Below, in pieces: positions 7,984-16,569 of a stretch of 32,000 nt of DNA. Under the pieces are notes generated by a model. That model did no database searches and had not been told where the DNA came from. It saw only the letters and a list, made by a program, of their open reading frames with translations. A program made the translations under genes and the position numbers. Source of the DNA: Clostridiaceae bacterium (GTDB taxonomy: Bacteria > Bacillota > Clostridia > DSM-8532); the NCBI GenBank assembly GCA_012519655.1, contig JAAYPS010000065.1, forward strand, positions 38,444-70,443, given 5' to 3'. Every line of letters begins with the position of its first letter. Position 1 is the stretch's first letter.

Positions 7984-10080
7984 TTATTCCATCCCAAACA
8001 ACATGTCCCCATATGTTGGTATTGGCCAGTATTGTGCATCAACAAGTGCTTCAAGCTGGTCTATGTCCTCACGCAAACTTCTCATTACGGGAATCACCTC
8101 GTCTCTGTATGCAACACTCTGTTCGGTCACATCATTAATTGATGAGACCTCATCCACTATTTCCTTTAGTTTTCTTACCTTTTTGTCGGCCGATACAGCA
8201 AGTACTGAAATATCCTCTAACAGTCTTTTCTGAGTCTCTAGGACAATATTTATTCCCGTTTCTTTAACTTGATTTATACATGATGCAATTTCCCCAATAT
8301 ACCTGTGCACTACAGGAAGAATATCACGTTCCACCATTTCAATGGCTGTGAGCGCTTCAATCTTATTTATTTTATTATAATTTTCTACCAGCACCTCATA
8401 ACGAGATTGATTTTCTTTCTCGGATAATACACGCATTCTTTCGAACATTTTCACATTCTTTTCTTGAAGTAGTGTTCTTTTTGCATCAATGAAATTATTA
8501 ATATTGGACAAACCTCTTCTATCGGCTTCTTCCACCCATTCCTGGGAGTAATTGTCCCCATTGAAAATAATGCGTTTATGATTTCTAATGAATTCAGCCG
8601 TAATTGCTTTAGCTTCAGCTTGAGCATCTTCAGCAGCTTCAAGCCTGTCGGCAACCTCAGCGAAAATATCTGCAATTGCTGTGTTTATAATGAAGTTTGG
8701 ACCAGCAATGGATCTTGACGATCCAACCATTCTAAATTCAAACCTATTACCTGTAAAGGCAAATGGTGATGTTCTATTTCTATCGTTAAAATCCTTAGCG
8801 AAAATTGGAAGAGCAGAAGCACCCATCTTCACCTTAGAAGAGTGAAGGGAGTTAGTAGCTTCACCTTCTTCTTCAATCTGTCTAATAATATCCGTTAATT
8901 GGTCACCTAGAAAAATAGATATTATTGCAGGAGGTGCCTCATGTGTACCAAGGCGAAGATCATTGCCTGCATTTGCAACAGAACTTCTTATTACCTCTGC
9001 ATATACATCTACAGCTTTAATGATTATAGATAAAATAAGCAAGAATAAGGGATTCTTATGTGGCTCAGGGCCTGGATCTAATAGATTAACACCATCATCA
9101 GTACCAATAGACCAATTGTTGTGCTTTCCCGAACCATTCACCCCGTCAAAGGGTTTTTCATGGAGCAAACATGCCAATCCATGTTTTGCTGCCACCTTTT
9201 TCATTGTTTCCATCATCAACTGATTCTGATCTGTTGCTACATTGACAGTATTATAAATTGGTGCAATTTCATGTTGCGCAGGTGCTGTCTCGTTATGTCG
9301 TATTTTACCAGGTATCCCCAATCTCCATAATTCTATATCTAAATCCTGCATAAAACCTAATACTCTTGTTTTTATTGCTGCGTAGTACTGATCACCCATT
9401 TCCTGGCCCTTTGGTGGTCTTGAGCCAAAAAGTGTACGCCCTGTATATATAAGATCTTTTCTTTTCATAAATAGATCTCTATCTATAAGGAAATACTCTT
9501 GTTCGGCACCAACATACGAAATAACCTTTTTAGAGGATGTGTTTCCTAATGCTCTTAGTACACGCATACCATGCTTGTTTAAAGCGTCCATGGACCTCAG
9601 GAGCGGAGTTTTCTTATCTAAAGCTTCTCCACTGTATGAGCAGAAAGCCGTTGGAATGTAAAGAGTTCTATCCTTCACAAAGGCCGGGGAAGTACAATCC
9701 CATGCGGTGTATCCACGCGCTTCAAAGGTAGCTCGAATTCCACCAGTCGGAAACGAAGAGGCATCAGATTCACCTTTTATTAATTCCTTCCCAGAGAACT
9801 CCATAATAATGTTCCCGTCTTTAGTTGTAGAAAGAAAGGAATCATGTTTTTCTGCTGTCATCCCTGTCATGGGTTGAAACCAGTGACTGTAATGCGTAGC
9901 TCCTTTTTCTATAGCCCACTCTTTCATGGCACTTGCAATTGCCTCTGCTAAGTTTGAATCCAGAGTTAAGTTATTCTCAATAATATTCTTTACAGCATTA
10001 TATGTAGCAGTCGGAAGCTTTGCACGCATTACCGAGTCATTGAAAACCTGTGAACCAAATATTTTACTAAGTTCAGACAT
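7984..10080 (-). CDS. glnN: Glutamine synthetase type III
   Basis: 698 aa, the typical GSIII size. It has the GSIII N-terminal domain (KLPTATYNAVKN...ATHYSHWFQP) and a catalytic core (NGSGKHNNWS, HEAPPAIISIFLG). Confidence 0.9.
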   Translation of the reverse strand: MSELSKIFGSQVFNDSVMRAKLPTATYNAVKNIIENNLTLDSNLAEAIASAMKEWAIEKGATHYSHWFQPMTGMTAEKHDSFLSTTKDGNIIMEFSGKELIKGESDASSFPTGGIRATFEARGYTAWDCTSPAFVKDRTLYIPTAFCSYSGEALDKKTPLLRSMDALNKHGMRVLRALGNTSSKKVISYVGAEQEYFLIDRDLFMKRKDLIYTGRTLFGSRPPKGQEMGDQYYAAIKTRVLGFMQDLDIELWRLGIPGKIRHNETAPAQHEIAPIYNTVNVATDQNQLMMETMKKVAAKHGLACLLHEKPFDGVNGSGKHNNWSIGTDDGVNLLDPGPEPHKNPLFLLILSIIIKAVDVYAEVIRSSVANAGNDLRLGTHEAPPAIISIFLGDQLTDIIRQIEEEGEATNSLHSSKVKMGASALPIFAKDFNDRNRTSPFAFTGNRFEFRMVGSSRSIAGPNFIINTAIADIFAEVADRLEAAEDAQAEAKAITAEFIRNHKRIIFNGDNYSQEWVEEADRRGLSNINNFIDAKRTLLQEKNVKMFERMRVLSEKENQSRYEVLVENYNKINKIEALTAIEMVERDILPVVHRYIGEIASCINQVKETGINIVLETQKRLLEDISVLAVSADKKVRKLKEIVDEVSSINDVTEQSVAYRDEVIPVMRSLREDIDQLEALVDAQYWPIPTYGDMLFGME

Positions 10081-10256
10081 TATAAAACCCCTTTATACGA
10101 TAAATACTCTTTAATCTCAATCCAACATCATTGTTTTATTCATTGTAACACATATAGACATTATACTACTTATTTAAGAAATCAAAAGACTAAAGTTTAT
10201 GCTTTTCACGACCTTTGCTATGCTAGACTTTGTATTCCCAAATTTACAAATCAGTG

Positions 10257-11099
10257 CTAATTGATTTTCCTAAACTCTATTGTCCAATGCCTTCCTGTAC
10301 CTATGCTATACGCTTTTGCGAAATTGCCTTGGTTAATGGCCAAAGCCATTCTATAAAGTGAGTTTACATATATAACCGGTTCACTCACATAGACATCTGC
10401 AAAGGATCTCCCATATGTAACCCTGTTATTATATGCAAGGGTCGAGCCGTTTTTTATAAGCACTTCAACCCAGTCTCCAATTTCAAAGCCAAGCTTTAAA
10501 AAATCATCTCGCGCAATATTCGTCCAAAGGCTTCCAAATCTTACGTCTAAAATGTCTATGGACCCTTTAATACCATTGTCCACCAATGTAACCTCGCTTA
10601 GCTCAAGCTCTACTATATCATCGATGCTAAGCTCATTTCCTACTTCTTCAAAAGTAATTTGTCCTGATGCTAATTTTGCACCAGTATATGCATATATATC
10701 TCTTCCGTGGAATGTATATGAGTATTGTGAATCAGAACGCCTATGCTTAGCTTCTTCTATTTCTCTCATTTCTTTCATTCCAATATATCTTTTTAAATGG
10801 GTTAGTGTTCCATTGTCGGGAGTCACAATATAATGCCCCTTGCTTGTTAGAGCTACTACGCTCTTTCTATCCGTTCCGACTCCAGGATCGACTACAGAAA
10901 CAAAAACAGTCCCTTTTGGCCAAAATTCTACAGCTTGAAACAGCCTATACGATGCCTCCCAGGTATTATATGGGGTTATATCATGAGTTAAATCGTACAG
11001 CTTTAAGTCCATATCCACATCATGTGCTACCCCGTACATTGCTGCTACAGCACCATCCGAGAGACCAAAATCGCTTTGAAATACTAAAATCTTACTCAT
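10257..11099 (-). CDS. SAM hydroxide adenosyltransferase family protein (DUF62; fluorinase/chlorinase-like fold), paralog B
   Basis: Family motifs QSDFG, VVDPGVGTDR, TPDNGTLTH and FHGRD; 280 aa. Confidence 0.85.
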   Translation of the reverse strand: MSKILVFQSDFGLSDGAVAAMYGVAHDVDMDLKLYDLTHDITPYNTWEASYRLFQAVEFWPKGTVFVSVVDPGVGTDRKSVVALTSKGHYIVTPDNGTLTHLKRYIGMKEMREIEEAKHRRSDSQYSYTFHGRDIYAYTGAKLASGQITFEEVGNELSIDDIVELELSEVTLVDNGIKGSIDILDVRFGSLWTNIARDDFLKLGFEIGDWVEVLIKNGSTLAYNNRVTYGRSFADVYVSEPVIYVNSLYRMALAINQGNFAKAYSIGTGRHWTIEFRKIN

Positions 11100-11141
11100 A
11101 ATAACACATCCTTATTTTAGACTTTTGTGGCCTAACCTTAT

Positions 11142-12020
11142 TCAATCTGCTTTGCGCAGGGAGTCAGGTGGAGACTGAGCTTTATTAAACTCAACTATCC
11201 AATCAGCTCCATAAGACAGATCATATTCTTCGGATAAACTTCCCTGACTTACCGCCATGGCTATTTTCATCAATTCGTTATTATATATCATTACATCGCC
11301 TTTAGGTGCATAACCAAAAGATTTTTCAAAAAGTACCCTATCTGAAAACTTCTCTTCTCCATTATGTTTAACACTTACATGGATATAATCACCATAGTTA
11401 AAGCCAGCTTTCAAGAACTCATTTGTTGAGATATTGGTCCATAGATTTCCAAAGTTAGGATCGTTAATTTCAAATATACCTTTTGCATAATCTGGCTCTA
11501 TCGTTGGTTCAGAAATTGTAAGCTCAATAATTTCGTCCACACTGTATTCAGGACCCACCTGTTCATAGGTAATGATTCCACTTGCAAGTTTTGCTGCACA
11601 ATAACCAAAAAGATCGCGTCCATGAAAAATACTAACATTTTCTGTTCCTTTTCCTTTAAGCCGGTTAATCTCTTCATCTATTTCTCTTATTTGTGCAATA
11701 CCTATCATGTTCTTAACATGTGTTAAAGAACCGTTATCAGGTGATACTACGTAATATCCGTCAATTGTCTTTGCAATTGAAGCTCTACGTTCTGTTCCCA
11801 CCCCGGGATCCACAACTGATACAAAAATTGTTCCTTCAGGCCAAAACCTCAAAGACTGGTAAAGCCGGTATGAAGCACTCCAAACATCAAACTTGGGGAT
11901 CTCGTGGGTACCGTCTATTATTTCCAATTCACGGTCAACACTTTTGACAACACCGTACATTGCACAAACTGCGCCTTCCTTGTAAGTAAAATCAGTTTGA
12001 AAAACAAGGATTGGTTTCAT
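11142..12020 (-). CDS. SAM hydroxide adenosyltransferase family protein (DUF62), paralog A
   Basis: Motifs QTDF, VVDPGVGTER, SPDNGSLTH and FHGRD; 292 aa. By eye it is roughly half identical to paralog B. Confidence 0.85.
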   Translation of the reverse strand: MKPILVFQTDFTYKEGAVCAMYGVVKSVDRELEIIDGTHEIPKFDVWSASYRLYQSLRFWPEGTIFVSVVDPGVGTERRASIAKTIDGYYVVSPDNGSLTHVKNMIGIAQIREIDEEINRLKGKGTENVSIFHGRDLFGYCAAKLASGIITYEQVGPEYSVDEIIELTISEPTIEPDYAKGIFEINDPNFGNLWTNISTNEFLKAGFNYGDYIHVSVKHNGEEKFSDRVLFEKSFGYAPKGDVMIYNNELMKIAMAVSQGSLSEEYDLSYGADWIVEFNKAQSPPDSLRKAD

Positions 12021-12070
12021 ATTGGTAATCTCCTTTGTTTAAAAAATATGTAAAGTAAGATCTGCTAATT

Positions 12071-12904
12071 CTAAATAAAGGGATTAAAGAATCTACTGCC
12101 ATTAATAAAAATAGATATTAGAATAGACATAGCAAATATCAGCACTGACAAACCAATAGCAACATAATCTCCAGTTTCAATTTTCTTTTTACTATACCAA
12201 GTCCTTTTTTTCAGCTTACCAAATCCTCTTAAATCCATTGCGTTACTAATAGATTCAATTCTGTCAAGTGTTGAAAAAATCAATGGTATAATTATTAATA
12301 ATGCATTTTTAAACCGAGAGCCGAACTTCGCTTTCTTAGACATTTCAAGTCCTCTTGCTTGCTGCGCTTGGCTAATGTTCTGATAATCCCTTTGTATATC
12401 CGGAAAGTACCTCAATGTTAATGAAACTGCATAGGCCACTTTATATGGAATACCAACTCCATTTAAAGATGCAGCAAACTCACTAGGGTTAGTTGTCAGT
12501 AAAAATATTATCCCTAGAGGTATGACAGAAGCATACTTCAAAACCTTGGTAGTTTGATATAATAATTGCTCCTGTGTAAGGTTGTATCTTCCAAATATTC
12601 TTAATACCTCATGCCTTGTTCCATAAATACTAACACCGTATTCAGGCTCGAATAAAAACGTCAAAATAGCATTTGTTATAAGAAAAATCAATACATAGAT
12701 GATCATAAGTTTTATCTGTGAGAATTTGATCTTTGATACTTTTAATATTATAAAAGAAAAAAGCATAACAAATAATATAAAACGTATATCATAAGAGAAC
12801 ATTACAGCAAATGTTAATAGCAAAAAGCAGGCCAATTTAGTGAGGCCAGAAAGTCTATGGATAGGGGTATCTATAACATTATACGAAAATAACTTAATCT
12901 TCAT
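12071..12904 (-). CDS. ecfT: ECF transporter transmembrane (T) component
   Basis: Polytopic CbiQ/EcfT-like protein with the conserved ARG...R coupling helices (QAQQARGLE, DRIESISNAMDLRGF). Start moved to the ATG at 12904 (MKIKLFSY...), which overlaps the ATPase stop by 11 nt. Confidence 0.85.
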   Translation of the reverse strand: MKIKLFSYNVIDTPIHRLSGLTKLACFLLLTFAVMFSYDIRFILFVMLFSFIILKVSKIKFSQIKLMIIYVLIFLITNAILTFLFEPEYGVSIYGTRHEVLRIFGRYNLTQEQLLYQTTKVLKYASVIPLGIIFLLTTNPSEFAASLNGVGIPYKVAYAVSLTLRYFPDIQRDYQNISQAQQARGLEMSKKAKFGSRFKNALLIIIPLIFSTLDRIESISNAMDLRGFGKLKKRTWYSKKKIETGDYVAIGLSVLIFAMSILISIFINGSRFFNPFI

Positions 12905-14612
12905 TTGTTTCTCTGACCCCCTTTTCGTAATCGATAAACCTTTGAACAAAAAGAGTTCCGTCCTCAATCTTTGCTTTTTCTGCTAGATAATAGAGAGATG
13001 TTTCTTTTAAATTTGCCTTTGAAACCAAATCTGTATCTGTTAAAACAATGGATGCTTTTGTATCTGCTATAACTTTACCATCTAACAAAACTATTGCTCT
13101 TGGCGTATATTCCAGCATAAGATGCATATCGTGAGTAATCATAATTATAGTGACACCCATTTTATTAATTTTCTCCAAGAACTTCATTATCTCTGTGTAA
13201 TGATGATAATCCTGACCTGCAGTGGGTTCATCCAGAATAATAATCTTAGGCTCCAAAACCAATATTGAAGCAATCGTAACTCTCTTTTTCTGTCCGTAAC
13301 TCAATGCTGATATAGGCCAATCAATAAATGGAGAAAGCCCGCATACCTCAAGTACTTTTTCAACCCGTTCTTTTATTTCTTCCTCGGGTACATTTCGTAA
13401 CCTAAGACCTAGAGCAATTTCATCATATATTAGCGATTTAGAAATCATTTGGTTTGGATTTTGCATCACCAGTCCTATAATTTCTGCTCGTTCCTTAATG
13501 CTTTTATCCTTTATATTCTCGGAATAATAATAAATATTTCCCAAATCTTGATTTTCAAAACCACATAAAACTTTTGCAAGAGTGGATTTACCTGCTCCAT
13601 TCTTACCAACTATTGAGATCATATCACCTTCATAAATGTCGAAAGTAACATCATCTAGAATATTCCTTTTTCCATCATAGGAAAATGTCAAGTTCTCCAC
13701 TTTCAAAATATTAGGTTTTTCATCCTGCTTTTGAGGCTTTTCAATGCGTTTATACCAAGAAGTTAAAGGCTGGATCACTGTATCCATCTTTAAAGTATCC
13801 AAATGACTTGGATGCATATCTTTATGAACATTAATTCCTGCATACTTTAATGCAGTGATATATAGGGGTTCCCGTATACCATTTTCAAATAATATTGAAG
13901 ACGATACCAGTTCATCTGGAGTCATGTCGGCAATAATACGTCCATCTGCTATTACAATAATCCTATCCACATCTCGATGTAGGACATCCTCAAGTCGATG
14001 TTCAATAATCAAAACTGTCTTATTCGTCCTTTTGTGAATATCGTCAATTATTTCAATTGCTGTTTTACCGGTAGCAGGATCAAGATTTGCCAATGGTTCA
14101 TCAAATAAAAGAACATCCACATCATCAACCATAACACCTGCTAATGAAGTTCTCTGCTTCTGACCACCCGATAGTTCGAAAGGTGATGATTTAAGAAGCT
14201 TATCCATGTCCACCATTTCAGCAACTTTTCTAACGGTATCATGCATCTTGTGGATATTTACATTATCGTTCTCTAACGCAAAAGCAATATCCTCGCCAAC
14301 AGTCAGACCAACAAACTGTCCGTCAGAATCCTGAAGAACTGTTCCCACTATTTTGGATAGCAAAAATATATCCTGTTCTTTTGCTATTAAATCTTTAATT
14401 TTAAGTGTACCTTTAATCTCGCCCTCATAAGCAAAAGGGATAAGACCATTAATGCAGTGACCTAGTGTACTCTTGCCACTTCCACTAGGTCCTACAATTA
14501 ATATCTTTTCCCCAGGATATATTTTTAAATTGATATCCTCTAAAGTCGGCTCGGCTTGACTAAAGTATTGAAATGAATAGTCTATAAATTCAATAATAGG
14601 CTTTTGTCTCAT
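12894..14612 (-). CDS. ECF transporter fused double ATPase (EcfA-EcfA' duplicated ABC ATPase)
   Basis: Two Walker A motifs (GPSGSGKST, GKNGAGKST), two signature motifs (LSGGQKQR, LSYGQKKR) and two Walker B motifs (LLFDEP, IILDEP) in a single 572-aa chain. Confidence 0.9.
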   Translation of the reverse strand: MRQKPIIEFIDYSFQYFSQAEPTLEDINLKIYPGEKILIVGPSGSGKSTLGHCINGLIPFAYEGEIKGTLKIKDLIAKEQDIFLLSKIVGTVLQDSDGQFVGLTVGEDIAFALENDNVNIHKMHDTVRKVAEMVDMDKLLKSSPFELSGGQKQRTSLAGVMVDDVDVLLFDEPLANLDPATGKTAIEIIDDIHKRTNKTVLIIEHRLEDVLHRDVDRIIVIADGRIIADMTPDELVSSSILFENGIREPLYITALKYAGINVHKDMHPSHLDTLKMDTVIQPLTSWYKRIEKPQKQDEKPNILKVENLTFSYDGKRNILDDVTFDIYEGDMISIVGKNGAGKSTLAKVLCGFENQDLGNIYYYSENIKDKSIKERAEIIGLVMQNPNQMISKSLIYDEIALGLRLRNVPEEEIKERVEKVLEVCGLSPFIDWPISALSYGQKKRVTIASILVLEPKIIILDEPTAGQDYHHYTEIMKFLEKINKMGVTIIMITHDMHLMLEYTPRAIVLLDGKVIADTKASIVLTDTDLVSKANLKETSLYYLAEKAKIEDGTLFVQRFIDYEKGVRETNED

Positions 14613-14645
14613 AGTCTTAGCTCCAACTTTGTAATATGTATGGGT

Positions 14646-15203
14646 CTACTTTTTGGTTAAGCTGCCTTTCTTTGTACGTGTTGCAGCATATGCTAATAAC
14701 AATAGTGTTCCAATAACGCCAGCACTAATTGAATTCATTAATGCAGCGATAGCTCCTTGCGTGAAAACAAGATTTACAGGCTCTGCATAAATAATAATGT
14801 CTAAAAGCGGAGCTACGATAAGCCATGCTATAACATTACCAATAACTTGAATGATGTTGAACCTAAGTATATCTTTCCCTTTAAATTCGCCTTCATCCAC
14901 TTTAGTGTTTTTGTAAGCAAAACCAAAAATAAAGCCTGCAACCCCACTTGCTATAACCCAGCTCCACCAAGGGGAACCATACTGAATAGCATCACTTAGG
15001 GCATGTCCAATAAATGCAATTAGTCCTCCCGCAATAGGACCAAATAAAGTTGCGAATAAAGCACTTAGGCCATATGCGGTTTGGAAACTAGTTTCGGGAA
15101 CAGGTGATGGAACTTTGACGAACATGAACAATAACATAAAAATAGCTGCGCCTAATCCGATTGCAACAATTGTTTTTGTGCTAACTTCAAAGTATTTTTT
15201 CAT
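14646..15203 (-). CDS. ECF transporter substrate-specific (S) component, substrate unknown (resembles the UPF0397-type family as I recall it)
   Basis: 185 aa with about 5-6 hydrophobic helices, positioned first in the ECF operon. The stretch LFGPIAGGLIAFIGHALSDAIQYGSPWWSWVIASGVAGFIFGF resembles the UPF0397 S-component signature from memory. AAAGGAGAG SD upstream. Confidence 0.65.
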   Translation of the reverse strand: MKKYFEVSTKTIVAIGLGAAIFMLLFMFVKVPSPVPETSFQTAYGLSALFATLFGPIAGGLIAFIGHALSDAIQYGSPWWSWVIASGVAGFIFGFAYKNTKVDEGEFKGKDILRFNIIQVIGNVIAWLIVAPLLDIIIYAEPVNLVFTQGAIAALMNSISAGVIGTLLLLAYAATRTKKGSLTKK

Positions 15204-15315
15204 GGTAATACTCTCCTTTATTATTGGATTTATTATTAGGGTTGTCCACCCATAACTAACAAGTCACAAAAACATATATTAAAAAAGGCTTTTATCTAGA
15301 ATTAACAACAAAACC

Positions 15316-15343
15316 ATTATATCACAACAACCTTTGGTGTCAA
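15316..15343 (-). promoter_or_regulatory. Strong sigma-A promoter of the ECF/DUF62 operon
   Basis: Minus strand TTGACA-N16-TATAAT with a TGa extended -10. It leaves a leader of about 110 nt before the S-component ATG. Confidence 0.55.
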
Positions 15344-15517
15344 TTTGAAACCTTAGTATAAGCATACAACCTTCTTAGTTTAGCGCAAATCTTTGTTCAT
15401 GGTCCTTTTACTACATTTCAGGTTCGCAGATTCTATGTAGTTAAGCTAATCTTGCGGGACAAGGTCCGCTGAACAGATAAAGTCTGAAATCAAGGTGCGA
15501 AATTGTGTATAAGTACC

Positions 15518-16432
15518 CTATCTTACAAATTCTCCATTCTTTAAGTTTATGTATACAAGCCAATAACCCGTCATATCACCAAACTCAGAGTTTTGCGTAG
15601 GTACCCAAAGACAAATTTTTTCAAATGGTTTTCCGTCGGTCTCATCCTTTGCCGGAACACCTAAAACAAAATAGTTCAAATCATTTATATCTGAGCGATA
15701 AAACCCTGCTAACAAATGCCTGTACTTAAAAAGTCCTACTAAGATCCTGGGGTTTGCAAACAATGGTATGTTTACACCACAAGAGTATAAAAGGTTACTT
15801 AGCTTTGCTATATCATTCACCCTATACCAAAAGTAATCGTGACGGGGATTTGAAAAGGGATCCATTTTCTCAAAAGATTCTTTCAACTTATTCTCAAGTT
15901 CAATGTCATTTACATAAGGAAGGTCTCTATCATAGTCCTCTTCTACCTGAGATGGCTTTTCCTCTTCAATATCAGGTTTTTTTTCTTGACTTTTTTGAAC
16001 AACTTTATCTTTTCTAATCAGCCGTTGTCTCACAACTTCGTCCCATGGCACTTCTTTTTTACAAATCCCAATCAAGGGAATAAAAACTCTGTCCTGATGC
16101 TCAGATGCAATAAGAATATATTTTATTCTCTCCGGTTTTATGTTTAAAGACGTTATTGTAGCATGATCGAGAAACTTTCTATAGCTTGCTACGCCTGAGA
16201 TAACCTGAAGTGTGCCAACTCTGAATATTCCTAACTCTTCATCATTATCGTATATAATAATGATAGTATAAGGCTGTGTGCCTTCCTTAATATATTTTAT
16301 TTGGACTGATATACCAATCCCTTCTCCATTTCCTTCAAGGCGAACAAACCCACCAGGGGTCCTCTGCATACCAAACCCTGAATCTAACTGTTCGAGAATA
16401 ATGTATTTCCTAAAACTCTCTAGACGCTCCAT
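15518..16432 (-). CDS. Uncharacterised conserved-looking two-domain protein (304 aa)
   Basis: Strong GAGGAGG SD 7 nt upstream of the ATG. Two globular-looking halves are joined by a highly charged K/E/D linker (QKSQEKKPDIEEEKPSQVEEDYDRD). I recognise no family. Confidence 0.6.
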   Translation of the reverse strand: MERLESFRKYIILEQLDSGFGMQRTPGGFVRLEGNGEGIGISVQIKYIKEGTQPYTIIIIYDNDEELGIFRVGTLQVISGVASYRKFLDHATITSLNIKPERIKYILIASEHQDRVFIPLIGICKKEVPWDEVVRQRLIRKDKVVQKSQEKKPDIEEEKPSQVEEDYDRDLPYVNDIELENKLKESFEKMDPFSNPRHDYFWYRVNDIAKLSNLLYSCGVNIPLFANPRILVGLFKYRHLLAGFYRSDINDLNYFVLGVPAKDETDGKPFEKICLWVPTQNSEFGDMTGYWLVYINLKNGEFVR

Positions 16433-16494
16433 TAATATACCTCCTCTTCATATTTGCTTCATAATATATATGCAAGGAGATTTTAAAATAACCC

Positions 16495-16527
16495 CAAAAA
16501 ATAAACCTCCATCTGACTTGGGAAGTT
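16495..16527 (-). terminator. Putative terminator downstream of ksgA/rsmA
   Basis: Minus strand AACTTCC-N10-GGAGGTT (one G-U pair) followed by TATTTTTT. Confidence 0.45.
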
Positions 16528-16569
16528 AATTAATTAGGTCTTAATTCATCGCGTTCTATAGAGAATAGT

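Noticed and set aside
10081-10256. TnrA/GlnR-type box (TGTNA-N7-TNACA) upstream of glnN: candidates TGTAAATTTGGGAATACA and TGTTACAATGAATAAAACA.
   Set aside because: Both have wrong spacing or a broken right half-site. No convincing nitrogen-control element, ANTAR dual hairpin or terminator was seen.
15204-15315. Looked for a known riboswitch (SAM-I, preQ1, THF, TPP, FMN) in the 110-nt leader of the ECF S-component gene.
   Set aside because: There are no recognisable conserved cores. The only structure is a 4-bp GGGU/ACCC stem, and the leader is mostly A/U-rich.
15518-16432. Considered calling orf304 YabG (the sporulation protease that follows ksgA in Bacillus).
   Set aside because: I see no resemblance to the YabG sequence as I recall it, and the domain layout differs. 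The gene is left as uncharacterised.
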